64,000 nt of DNA from an uncultured Gammaproteobacteria bacterium (GTDB lineage Bacteria > Patescibacteriota > Patescibacteriia > SBBC01 > CAIJZX01): positions 6,328-70,327 of the forward strand of contig CAYLHT010000003.1 of NCBI GenBank assembly GCA_964383765.1, in the 5' to 3' direction. Below the pieces are notes generated by a model. It made no database searches. It was not told the DNA's origin and saw only the letters and a list, made by a program, of their open reading frames with translations. Position 1 is the first letter of the stretch; every line of letters starts with the position of its first letter. The position numbers and the translations under genes were made by a program. Of this stretch, positions 9,791 to 18,797 are shown piece after piece.

Positions 9791-11070
9791 GAGTTTCGAA
9801 AAGGATTACGCTTTGGTTGGTAGTACTGTTTTTTCTCAAACTTCGTCGGCAAATACTGTTGCTGTCCTTCGGCCGCTGAAAAGTCATGTGAGTATTTGTA
9901 CCCCTGATGGTAACCGAGTTCTTTCATGAGCTTGGTCGGCGCATTACGCAAGTTGAGTGGTACCGGTTCATTTAAACTGCTTTTTACATCAGCCAAAGCC
10001 GCATCGTACGCTATGTACGTTTCATTCGACTTCGGACACGTCGCTAAGTATACCGCAACATGCGATAAATTGATCGTACATTCTGGTAATCCAACCAGGT
10101 CGCAAGCCTGCATGCACGCCACCGCCAACGGTAATGCATGCACGTCGGCCATGGACACATCTTCCGAAGCAAAAATCACCATCCGCCGCGCGATGAACAA
10201 GGGATCTTCGCCAGCTTCCAACATCCGACCTAACCAGTAGAGTGCTGCATCCGGATTCGAGCCACGCATCGACTTGATGAAAGCTGAAATGACGTTGTAG
10301 TGTTCCTCACCTTTCTTGTCGTACAGTAAATGCGGTTTTTGGAAGGCCTCAGCCACAGTTGTCAACGTAATCTGACGCTGTCCTTTGTCGATCGGCGTCG
10401 CTTTCACCGCTAACTCAAGCGTATTCAAGGCTGTTCGGCCATCACCATTACTGGCAGTGCTCAATAACTCTGAAGCTTTCGGTTCGACGACAATGTTCTG
10501 ACCGGCGTATCCCCGCTCATCGTTGAGAGCCCGAATGATAATCGCCGAGATATTCTCCGGTTGTAATCGTTCCAGCACGAAAACTTTACAGCGCGACAAC
10601 AATGGTGAAATAACTTCAAAACTTGGATTCTCAGTCGTCGCGCCAATCAACGTGACCGTGCCATTTTCAACGTACGGTAACAAGGCATCTTGTTGCGCTT
10701 TATTCCAGCGATGAATTTCGTCCACGAACAGAATCGTACGTTGACGTTTGAATTTGAGAAGGTCTTGCGCAGTTTTCACAGCCCTCAACAAATCATCCTT
10801 GCTGCTCAAGACACCGGACAAACCCACAAATGAGGATTTGGTAAGGCCGGCAATAATCCGTGCCAGCGTGGTTTTCCCGCTACCCGGTGGACCCCAGAGA
10901 ATGATGGAAAACAGCTCGTCGTTCTCAACCGCTTTCCGCAAAATCGTCCCGGGTCCAACCACCTGGGCTTGCCCAACGAACTCATCGAGGGTCCGCGGTC
11001 GTAAACGATCCGCCAACGGAGCCGTGCGGCTTATTTCAGCTTGTCCAACGGCGTCAAACAAATCGTCCAT
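9787..11070 (-). CDS. rarA: Replication-associated recombination protein A
   Basis: PLADRLRP, GPPGSGKTT, DEIHR and SAFIKSMRGS. Confidence 0.95.
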   Translation of the reverse strand: MDDLFDAVGQAEISRTAPLADRLRPRTLDEFVGQAQVVGPGTILRKAVENDELFSIILWGPPGSGKTTLARIIAGLTKSSFVGLSGVLSSKDDLLRAVKTAQDLLKFKRQRTILFVDEIHRWNKAQQDALLPYVENGTVTLIGATTENPSFEVISPLLSRCKVFVLERLQPENISAIIIRALNDERGYAGQNIVVEPKASELLSTASNGDGRTALNTLELAVKATPIDKGQRQITLTTVAEAFQKPHLLYDKKGEEHYNVISAFIKSMRGSNPDAALYWLGRMLEAGEDPLFIARRMVIFASEDVSMADVHALPLAVACMQACDLVGLPECTINLSHVAVYLATCPKSNETYIAYDAALADVKSSLNEPVPLNLRNAPTKLMKELGYHQGYKYSHDFSAAEGQQQYLPTKFEKKQYYQPKRNPFRNS

Positions 11071-11139
11071 AGGCCTAGTTTAGCACGTTTGAATAGGACT
11101 GACATGGGTATCAGTCATGATTTTTCTCTGCAAGAAACC

Positions 11140-11718
11140 TTAGGTTGTTGGCGGATTTTTGGTTGTGCCGCGTGCTAACACCGCATCGAGCAAACCATTC
11201 TCGTCAGGTCGAAGGTCAGCTACAGCGATGTGCGGTTTCGTTTCAAAAGAAATTATCCGGCCGTCACGTTGTGCAATTGCCACGGTCGTCGCCCGATGGT
11301 GTCCTTCGATCAGTACAATTTTTCCATCTGGCCGTCGTAAGGCAGTCATGATGGTTTGCGATGGGAAATTCTCAATCATTTTTTGGATGGTTGGAATTTG
11401 AATGAAGTGTTGATACTGTTCTGGAATATTCACCAGGTCGGCAAATGAATGAACATTCGGTTGGGGTAAGCGACCTTGCCAACCCGAAAACGGTCCCACC
11501 AGCATCACCGGCATTTCTGAAATCGGATCATCCAGCACAAAAAGTTTCCAGTTTCGTTCATCCAGTTTGAGTTGCTTGACCGTAAACATCCGCCACGATT
11601 TCCAATCTGGCCAACCTTTCACCTCAGTCGCAACTTTACGCCAAGCTGAACCCTCGCCTTCGTTATGTTCCCAAGCGGCAAAGATGTCGGGCCAATTGAT
11701 ATCTTTAAGAAAAGTCAT
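11140..11718 (-). CDS. Hypothetical protein with ParB/Srx-like motif
   Basis: 192-aa ORF containing IVLIEGHHR. TGcTATACT lies 6 nt before the ATG. Confidence 0.65.
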   Translation of the reverse strand: MTFLKDINWPDIFAAWEHNEGEGSAWRKVATEVKGWPDWKSWRMFTVKQLKLDERNWKLFVLDDPISEMPVMLVGPFSGWQGRLPQPNVHSFADLVNIPEQYQHFIQIPTIQKMIENFPSQTIMTALRRPDGKIVLIEGHHRATTVAIAQRDGRIISFETKPHIAVADLRPDENGLLDAVLARGTTKNPPTT

Positions 11719-11747
11719 GGCTTGAGTATAGCAGGAACACTAACAGC

Positions 11748-11776
11748 TTGCTTTTATCCCATTCAGTTGCTATTAT
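11748..11776 (+). promoter_or_regulatory. Sigma70-type promoter of the nested tRNA locus
   Basis: TTGCTT-17 nt-TATTAT with an extended TG, 12 nt upstream of the outer cloverleaf. Confidence 0.6.
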
Positions 11777-11788
11777 CATCGCGTTTTA

Positions 11789-11968
11789 CGGGGATTGGTG
11801 CATGCGAGTGCGCGTCCCGCCCCCTGTCGGGGTATAGCGCAGTTGGTAGCGCGCACGCTTCGGGTGCGTGAGGTCCCGAGTTCGAGTCTCGGTACCCCGA
11901 CAGGGCGCGGGAAGGTCGCGAGTTCGACCTGTCCTGAGCTTGCCGAAGGAGTCTCGCATCCCCGACCA
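11789..11968 (+). ncRNA. Outer tRNA-Pro-like cloverleaf enclosing tRNA-Pro(CGG)
   Basis: Acceptor CGGGGAT/ATCCCCG+ACCA; D stem GTGC/GCGC; anticodon stem TCCCG/CGGGA; variable loop AGGTC; T stem GCGAG/CTCGC with loop TTCGA[23-nt insert]GT. Confidence 0.75.
11828..11900 (+). tRNA. tRNA-Pro(CGG), CCA not encoded
   Basis: CGGGGTA/TACCCCG acceptor, CACGC-TTCGGGT-GCGTG anticodon arm, TTCGAGT T loop. Confidence 0.95.
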
Positions 11969-12020
11969 TAAACCCAGCCTTGCATTTTTTTCACAATTCA
12001 GATATCCTGCACCTCACGTT

Positions 12021-12599
12021 ATGACCTGGCTGAAAAACATTTTTCCGGTGCTCATTCGGCAATGGCTGCCGTTGGCGTTTGTGATGACCATCACCGCCGG
12101 TCTGGTCTATGGCACGGTTCAACAGTCCTATCGCCAAGGCGCCAACGACCCGCAAATCCAGTTGGCGGAAGACATTGCAGACGCGATCAATGGTGGGGTT
12201 GACCCAACCACCCTGGTTGGCAGTGGTAAACTCGATATGGCCAAAAGCCTGTCGACATTCCTCATCGTCGTCGATAAAGACAATAAAGTCGTCGCCGATA
12301 ATGTACAATTGGGCGGCAAGTCGGTGAATGTTCCGATTGGGCCGATTGATCAAGCTCGTCAACACGGTCAGAACAGGATTACTTGGCAGCCGCAAGCGAA
12401 TGTTCGCAACGCGATCGTGCTACAACCGGTGTTGAGCCAAAAGGGCGAAGTCGTCATCGTTGGCCGATCATTGCGCGAAGTTGAAATTCGTGAAGGACAA
12501 TTGACTTCGATGGTCTTTCTCGCCTGGGCCGTCGGATTAGCTGGATCACTGATTCTGGTTTGGCTGGGACAGATGGTGCCCAAACCAAAAACAGCATGA
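12021..12599 (+). CDS. Two-TM membrane protein with extracytoplasmic sensor-like domain
   Basis: TM-domain-TM layout. Start taken at MTWLKN because the longer ORF overlaps the tRNA. Confidence 0.7.
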   Translation: MTWLKNIFPVLIRQWLPLAFVMTITAGLVYGTVQQSYRQGANDPQIQLAEDIADAINGGVDPTTLVGSGKLDMAKSLSTFLIVVDKDNKVVADNVQLGGKSVNVPIGPIDQARQHGQNRITWQPQANVRNAIVLQPVLSQKGEVVIVGRSLREVEIREGQLTSMVFLAWAVGLAGSLILVWLGQMVPKPKTA

Positions 12600-13285
12600 C
12601 CAAGAACGGCATTCGCCACCTGGGTATCATCATGGACGGTAATCGCCGCTGGGCTAAGGAGCACGGCTTGCCAAGTTTTGAAGGTCACCGCCGCGGCTAC
12701 GCGAATCTGAAAAAAGTAGGTGATTGGTGTATTAGCCGCGGGATTGAGGTTTTAACGGTTTTCGCCTTTTCCACTGAAAACTGGCAACGCTCAAAACAAG
12801 AAGTCTCCTACTTGATGCGCTTATTCGAAATGGCCTTGTCGCGCGACCTTGATGATTTGCATCGTAAGAACATTCGCATCGCCGTCATCGGCCGTGTAAC
12901 CGATTTACCGAAACGTTTGCAGAAACACATTGCCGCGGCAGTCGAAAAAACTAAACACAACACCCGGGGGACGGTCCAGTTAGCATTGAACTATGGCGGT
13001 CGTGCGGAAATTGTAGACGCCGTAAAAAAAGTCGTGCGGACGGCCCGCAGTGCCTCGAAAATTACCGAGGAATCGATCAGTCGGGCGATGTATACCGCTG
13101 AGCAGCCCGATCCGGACTTGATTATTCGCACCTCTGGTGAACAACGCACCAGCGGTTTCTTAGCCTGGCAAGGTGCCTACAGCGAGCTGTACTTCACCAA
13201 GAAATACTGGCCGGAATTTACCGAAGCTGATCTGGATCAAGCCTTGAACGAATACTCGCGCCGGCAACGACGTTTCGGACAATGA
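12596..13285 (+). CDS. uppS: Undecaprenyl diphosphate synthase
   Basis: IIMDGNRRWA, FSTENW and IRTSGEQR. Confidence 0.95.
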   Translation: MTKNGIRHLGIIMDGNRRWAKEHGLPSFEGHRRGYANLKKVGDWCISRGIEVLTVFAFSTENWQRSKQEVSYLMRLFEMALSRDLDDLHRKNIRIAVIGRVTDLPKRLQKHIAAAVEKTKHNTRGTVQLALNYGGRAEIVDAVKKVVRTARSASKITEESISRAMYTAEQPDPDLIIRTSGEQRTSGFLAWQGAYSELYFTKKYWPEFTEADLDQALNEYSRRQRRFGQ

Positions 13286-13707
13286 ACAAAGACGCGACCA
13301 TACCTTTGCCCCGCTGGGGCCAAATTGTTATTCAAATTGTGGTCTACGCGACAGTCGTTGGTTATGCCGTATTCCATTTGTCTCATCATTCCCACGCCAT
13401 CAAACTACCGGCCCAGGCTTGCGCCGGATCTGGTCAAGCGATCATGATTACTTTTACTGACACGGCGATTGCTCCAAGTCCAATTCAACTCCAACGCTGC
13501 GACCGCGTCACGATCATCAATCGTGGCCACCTGTCGATCAAGCCGGCGCTTGGCCCGCACGAACAGCACCTTGTCTACCCTACCTTCCGTGAACAGATTC
13601 TCCGGCCCGGACAATCGATGCAGTTCCAAGCGAGCGTGCCTGGTCAGTTTGAATTGCATGACCACGTGGCAGATAAACTTGAAACTGAGGTGACCATCGC
13701 AAAATGA
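13282..13707 (+). CDS. Membrane-anchored cupredoxin-like protein
   Basis: N-terminal TM, PHEQH, PGQF.LHDH. Confidence 0.6.
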   Translation: MNKDATIPLPRWGQIVIQIVVYATVVGYAVFHLSHHSHAIKLPAQACAGSGQAIMITFTDTAIAPSPIQLQRCDRVTIINRGHLSIKPALGPHEQHLVYPTFREQILRPGQSMQFQASVPGQFELHDHVADKLETEVTIAK

Positions 13708-13732
13708 AAACTCCCGCCTGAGCGGGAGTTTT
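13707..13732. terminator. Bidirectional intrinsic terminator
   Basis: aaaactcccgc-ctga-gcgggagtttt between convergent genes. Confidence 0.8.
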
Positions 13733-13748
13733 CGAAACGCCAAAGCGT

Positions 13749-14171
13749 TTACATCGCTGGTTGCGACGGACTGGCTGGCATTGCGGGTTTTTTCATACCC
13801 ATGCCCATGCCTTTACCCATCGAGGCCCACAAGGCCCAGATACCCACGACCGCGTGGAGAATCAAGTCAGCTGGACTTTCGAGGTTGGAGCCCAGGAACT
13901 TCGTGCTGAAGAAGTTGTAGACCGCCACGAAGATACCGAGCAAACCGAGCAACATGACCAACGGCTTTTGGGCCGCTGCCGGGAAGGTGAAAGCGGCGAT
14001 CAAACCGACCACACCCAGAATCAAGTGGGCCCAGTTTTCACCGTTGTCGAACCACCAGGTCGAACCGAAGATACTCTTGTCTGCGGTCGGACCGATGACG
14101 CCGACGAATCCGAGGATGCCGACGAGCACTAAGACGGCACCGCCGATTGTGAGAAATTGTTTGGGATTCAC
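13749..14171 (-). CDS. Small 4-TM membrane protein (DUF4383-like)
   Basis: GILGF, N.AHLILG and LHAVVG pattern; SD GGAGGTG upstream. Confidence 0.7.
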   Translation of the reverse strand: MNPKQFLTIGGAVLVLVGILGFVGVIGPTADKSIFGSTWWFDNGENWAHLILGVVGLIAAFTFPAAAQKPLVMLLGLLGIFVAVYNFFSTKFLGSNLESPADLILHAVVGIWALWASMGKGMGMGMKKPAMPASPSQPAM

Positions 14172-14267
14172 TGTGTACTCACCTCCTTCAGAATCTAGTA
14201 TTCAAAATCTTCTATCCACAGTATACGAAAAAAAGGCTGAAACTTCAATTTACGCCATTTTGCTGAG

Positions 14268-15050
14268 TTATGGGTATTTACCCGCTATGATAGCCAAGGC
14301 ACCGTATAGGCCCGCTCGTGGCCCCAGGCGGCCTTTTAGAAGCTTTGGGGCATGGGGAAAAGGCCTGAGATTAGCCTGAAACTGGGTTTTGAGGCGAGGC
14401 CAAATTATGTGGCCATTCGTGACAATTCCACCGCCAACTACGACGCCATCCGCCGGCCACGATCGAACTACTTGAATCAGTCCACTCGCCAGATCATGAG
14501 TGACTTGGCGCCAATTGACTCGACTTCGACGTAGGCTGCGTCCGCCAATACGATCTTCTAGCGTTTTCCCTCGAACCTGAATGTGCTGACCGGGGTGGAG
14601 CGATTGTGATCTTCGATCAATTCGACGACGAACAATCCGGCAACCGCCGACTCCGGTTCCAACTGTGAGATATGCACTGGTCCGGAATTTTTTCCCAGCA
14701 CCGTAGCGTGCCTCCCCTAACCCACCGAGGGCGGCATCATTTTCCATCACCACCGGAGCCTGAATCATGAATCGAAGATCTCTCACCACGGGTTGTCGTT
14801 CCCATCCATGTAAATTCGGTGCACTGAGAATTCGATCACGTTTGGTATTCAATTTTCCGGGCACACCAATCACCACGGCTGAAATTTTGCGACCAGCAAA
14901 CAATCGACTAATGATTCGAACTAGCTCTTGTTTCCCTTGAGACCATTGTCGCGGCGTGTGCACAATCCGAACGTCAAGGAGTCGTCGATGACTCGATCGC
15001 GCCACTCGCATCCATGTTCCGCCGACATCAATCAGCAGAAAATGTTTCAT
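14268..15050 (-). CDS. ROK family sugar kinase
   Basis: DVGGT, ENDA and GTGVGG. Confidence 0.85.
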   Translation of the reverse strand: MKHFLLIDVGGTWMRVARSSHRRLLDVRIVHTPRQWSQGKQELVRIISRLFAGRKISAVVIGVPGKLNTKRDRILSAPNLHGWERQPVVRDLRFMIQAPVVMENDAALGGLGEARYGAGKKFRTSAYLTVGTGVGGCRIVRRRIDRRSQSLHPGQHIQVRGKTLEDRIGGRSLRRSRVNWRQVTHDLASGLIQVVRSWPADGVVVGGGIVTNGHIIWPRLKTQFQANLRPFPHAPKLLKGRLGPRAGLYGALAIIAGKYP

Positions 15051-16888
15051 CGTAATTTCAACACTGCGGACACAATTGCTTGACTATCAATCCCTTCGTA
15101 CCTGAGTAACTCATCCGGCCGGCCGCTCCGGGGCGTTTTCTGGACGGCGAGTGAACTGACGCGACCGGCGTCTTTTCCCAGCGCCGTTCGGACAGCTTCC
15201 GTGATTCCACCTTCAGGATAGTGATCTTCGACTACAATCAAATGTTTCGTTTGCTGAGCTGCTTGTTTAAGCGTCTGGACATCAATTGGCTTGATCGAGT
15301 ACAGATCAATCACCCGAACATTAATTTTTTTCTTGGCCAAGAGGTCGGCGGCTTTTAACGCCTCGTGGACTGTTACTCCAGCTGCTACTACAGTCGCAAC
15401 ATCGCTTGGGCTTTTTCGCAAGACTGCGCTGCCGCCAATCACAAATCTTGTTGCCGGTTTGTACAGCATCGGTAATTCTGCTCGGGTAGCGCGTACATAG
15501 ACGATGCCATCCGCCTTGAGTGCTTTTTCAAGCAAGCGTTCAGCTGAAACTCCGTCAGCTGGATGCAGTACGCTGCTGTGTTCAAGTGTTCGAAACATTG
15601 CAATGTCTTGCAACCCCATTTGGGACACTCCATCCTGACCAATGTGCGTTCCGGCGTGCGTTCCGATCACAATCTGATGAGTACCGCTGTAACTCGCCAT
15701 CCGCAATTGATCATAGGCGCGAGTCAAAAAAGCAGCAAACGTTGCGGTCACCGGAATTTTCCCGCGTCGCGCTAATCCAGTTGCCATGCCAACCATGTTT
15801 TGTTCGGCGATGTAACCTTGAATAAACCGCTTTGCAAACTTTTTCTCAAACCATTCGGTATACGTCGAGTTCTTAACCTCGCCGTCAAGCACCACGAGAT
15901 TTGGCCATGCTTGACCAAGTCGCACCAAGCCGCGCCCGAGCGCGGCCCGCGGGGAAATCATCTCGCCAATTTTGTATTTTAGGTCTTTGGCGGCTTTGCG
16001 GTTTGGTCGATGGGGTTGTCGGCGCTCGGGCGCGGCCACCTTACCACGCAGACGTTCATCAATTGGACCAAGTTGTTGGATAGCTTCAGCCGCTTGTTTT
16101 TTTGACAACGCTTTCCCATGCCAACCTTCTTTGCCCTCAACTAGGGCCACGCCTTTCCCTTTGATAGTTTTGGCGATGATCATGGTTGGACCGCCTCTGA
16201 ACGTTGTGGCTTTGCGGTATGCCGCGATCACCGCGTCCGTGTCGTGACCATCAACGATGACCGTATTCCAATTGAACGCACCAACCCGCCGCGCCATGGT
16301 CGTGGCATCCCGTTTCAACATCGTTGGCGTCGACTGACCGAGCCCATTCATGTCAATCACCCCAATCAAGTTTCGAATGCCGAGAAATCCAGCCAACTGT
16401 ATCGCTTCCCACACGCTGCCTTCGGCCATTTCTGAATCGCCTAGTAAACAGTAGACGCGGTACGTTAATGTATCCATGTGGCCTGCCAACGACTCACCCA
16501 GGGCAATGGGTAAACCTTGGCCAAGGCTGCCGGTTGGAGCTTCGGTGTAAGGAAATGTTGGCATCGGGTGGCCTTCTAGTTTACTCCCGAATTTCCTAAG
16601 TGTGAGTAATTGACTGGCGGGAATCGCGCCGGCTGCGGCATACAACGCATAAAACAACGGTGCGGCATGACCCTTGGAAAAGATCAACCGGTCATTATTT
16701 GGATAGTCCGGCTGCTTGAGATCAGCCCGAAAGATGCCACTGAACATTAAGCCGGTCATCAGTTCCACTGCTGACAAGGATGACGTTAGGTGACCTGAAC
16801 CAGCAGTTGTCGTCATCCGAATTAACCACGACCGAATTAACCGATTGAGCTGCGTCAAATCCACTGATCCTCTGGTCGGTTTAGGCAT
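15047..16888 (-). CDS. tkt: Transketolase
   Basis: GSGH, SKGHA, GDSEMAEG and IAEQNMV. Start taken at MPKPTRG. Confidence 0.9.
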   Translation of the reverse strand: MPKPTRGSVDLTQLNRLIRSWLIRMTTTAGSGHLTSSLSAVELMTGLMFSGIFRADLKQPDYPNNDRLIFSKGHAAPLFYALYAAAGAIPASQLLTLRKFGSKLEGHPMPTFPYTEAPTGSLGQGLPIALGESLAGHMDTLTYRVYCLLGDSEMAEGSVWEAIQLAGFLGIRNLIGVIDMNGLGQSTPTMLKRDATTMARRVGAFNWNTVIVDGHDTDAVIAAYRKATTFRGGPTMIIAKTIKGKGVALVEGKEGWHGKALSKKQAAEAIQQLGPIDERLRGKVAAPERRQPHRPNRKAAKDLKYKIGEMISPRAALGRGLVRLGQAWPNLVVLDGEVKNSTYTEWFEKKFAKRFIQGYIAEQNMVGMATGLARRGKIPVTATFAAFLTRAYDQLRMASYSGTHQIVIGTHAGTHIGQDGVSQMGLQDIAMFRTLEHSSVLHPADGVSAERLLEKALKADGIVYVRATRAELPMLYKPATRFVIGGSAVLRKSPSDVATVVAAGVTVHEALKAADLLAKKKINVRVIDLYSIKPIDVQTLKQAAQQTKHLIVVEDHYPEGGITEAVRTALGKDAGRVSSLAVQKTPRSGRPDELLRYEGIDSQAIVSAVLKLR

Positions 16889-17474
16889 CGCGTTTGGTCG
16901 GAGTAATCGCTTGGAACGCTGGGGTGATGGCCAACGTCTTTTCAATCAAGGTTTTCAGTTTGACCATGTTCTTCTGATCGACCAGATCGCCTTCTGGGGT
17001 AAAGGCCTCCTCCGCATTTTTAATCATCACCATCGGCTGCGGCAAAAACAGCATATTCAGATCAATCAAGACTTGGCGCAGGTGGAGTTGACCACGTACC
17101 GTGCCGTATTGTCCATCTGACGCGCCTAGGGTGATGACCGTTTTCCCAGCCCAGCTATTGCCTTTTCGCGAACCCCAATCGAGCGCGTTTTTCAATGCGG
17201 CTGAAATCGAATAATTGTATTCAGGACTAGCCAGTATGATCACATCAGCCGCCTCGACTGCCACTTTGAGTTTCTGGACGCTCTCCGGCAAACCTGCATC
17301 TTGAATATCTTGGTCATAGATCGGCAGGTCAAGGGTTTTCAGATCGAGTTCATCCACATTGGCCCCAGCCTCAATCGCCAAACGTTTCGCCAATTGCAAC
17401 GCCCGCCGGTTGAATGAGTCGCGCCGAAGGCTGCCGCTAATCGCCAAGACTGATAATGGTTGTCTAGTATTCAT
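16881..17474 (-). CDS. NADPH-dependent FMN reductase
   Basis: SGSLRRDSFN and SPEYNYS..LKNALDW. Confidence 0.9.
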   Translation of the reverse strand: MNTRQPLSVLAISGSLRRDSFNRRALQLAKRLAIEAGANVDELDLKTLDLPIYDQDIQDAGLPESVQKLKVAVEAADVIILASPEYNYSISAALKNALDWGSRKGNSWAGKTVITLGASDGQYGTVRGQLHLRQVLIDLNMLFLPQPMVMIKNAEEAFTPEGDLVDQKNMVKLKTLIEKTLAITPAFQAITPTKRDA

Positions 17475-17498
17475 GCCAATCGTTAGTTTACCACGAGC

Positions 17499-18521
17499 CT
17501 ACCGAATCAGCATCCCGTCGCCGAAAGACAGGAATTTCATTTTTCGTTTGAGCGCTAGTTGATAGAGCTCGAACAGCTTCTTGCGACCAACCAAGCTGGC
17601 AGTGAGCATCAATAAACTCGATTTCGGCACGTGGAAATTCGTGATCAACCCGTCCACAAACCGCCAATGATAGCCAGGTTGGATGAAGAGTTGGGTTGAC
17701 CCGCGCCCGGGATTGAGGCGGCCGCGGCGCGAGGCTGATTCCAAAGTTCTTGCTACTGTGGTTCCAACTGCAATGATGGGTCGACCTTCAGACTTGTAGC
17801 GATTAAGACGCGCCGCGGCCGCCCGTAAAATCTCAAACTGTTCATGGTGTAGTCGTTGTTTTTGAATCTGTTCGGAAGTAACCGGGGCAAAGGTCCCTAA
17901 TCCAACTGACAAGTTCACAAATTCCTCTGCGATCCCCTGTTTTCGTAACTGGTTGAGCAAAGTTGGCGTGAAGTGCAGCGAGGCCGTCGGCGCAGCTACC
18001 GACCCGGTGTGTTTGGCGAATACGGTCTGGTACCAACGTCGGCGCTCAGATTCTGTTAGCGGCGAATGCCGTAAATATGGTGGCAGTGGTGTCTGCCCGC
18101 GGCTTGCGAGCAGTTTGAGAAAAGTTTTAGTTGGAACATTCGGCTGTAGTTTGTATTCGGATCCGCTGTGGCTAAGAACTCGAGCAGTGACAGTTAGGGT
18201 GAACCGTAACATCGCGCCAATGTCGAGTCGACGATTGGACAGTGCGGAAATAACGCGGCCATGTGATTCGAGATAAAGTAATTCAACCTTGCCACCGGTT
18301 GGCTTTGTGGCGGAGATTCGAGCTGGAATGACTTTTGTATCATTGAAAACTAAAACTGCATTGTGTGGTAGATATTGAGCTATCTGCCGAAAACGACTAA
18401 TCGTAACTCGTTTGGTTGCGCGGTTGTACACGAGCACCTTCGCTGCGTCGCGGGGTTGAGCTGGACGCTGGGCAATTGCCGAGAGCGGCAATCGGTAGTC
18501 AAAATCTTCAGTTTGCGGCAT
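17499..18521 (-). CDS. queA: S-adenosylmethionine:tRNA ribosyltransferase-isomerase
   Basis: FDYRLP, PLPPY, AAPTASLHF, AVGTT, TNFH.PKSSL and SFGD. Confidence 0.93.
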   Translation of the reverse strand: MPQTEDFDYRLPLSAIAQRPAQPRDAAKVLVYNRATKRVTISRFRQIAQYLPHNAVLVFNDTKVIPARISATKPTGGKVELLYLESHGRVISALSNRRLDIGAMLRFTLTVTARVLSHSGSEYKLQPNVPTKTFLKLLASRGQTPLPPYLRHSPLTESERRRWYQTVFAKHTGSVAAPTASLHFTPTLLNQLRKQGIAEEFVNLSVGLGTFAPVTSEQIQKQRLHHEQFEILRAAAARLNRYKSEGRPIIAVGTTVARTLESASRRGRLNPGRGSTQLFIQPGYHWRFVDGLITNFHVPKSSLLMLTASLVGRKKLFELYQLALKRKMKFLSFGDGMLIR

Positions 18522-18736
18522 TAATGCGACAAGCCGTGGCGGTGGAGACAATCGACAAAGTCAGCTTCACGCACATCATAGTAAGGATTTGTTTGTGCGG
18601 TTCCGACTAGGTCAATCCGACTCGCACACTGTTTTCTCACAGAGTACGGTCGATACTCGTACCACCAAAAAGCTAAAGCGAGTACAGCTAGCCCGAAGAG
18701 TGATCGGCGGAGATATTTGATTGGGGTACTGGCCAT
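18521..18736 (-). CDS. Small membrane-anchored hypothetical protein
   Basis: 71 aa, one TM, two Cys; TAATG overlap with queA. Confidence 0.6.
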   Translation of the reverse strand: MASTPIKYLRRSLFGLAVLALAFWWYEYRPYSVRKQCASRIDLVGTAQTNPYYDVREADFVDCLHRHGLSH

Positions 18737-18797
18737 AGTTACTCGCTGAGGAGAATGTCCAAAATGGCGATCCTGCTCCTGTCGTACTAGATCCGAG

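Noticed and set aside
11908-11968. 3' tRNA fragment read as attR of an integrated element
   Set aside because: No integrase or intervening cargo, and a complementary 5' half lies upstream of the intact tRNA.
11868-12020. N-terminal extension of the 243-aa ORF
   Set aside because: It overlaps the tRNA-Pro and outer tRNA-like RNA; ATG 12021 is the plausible start.
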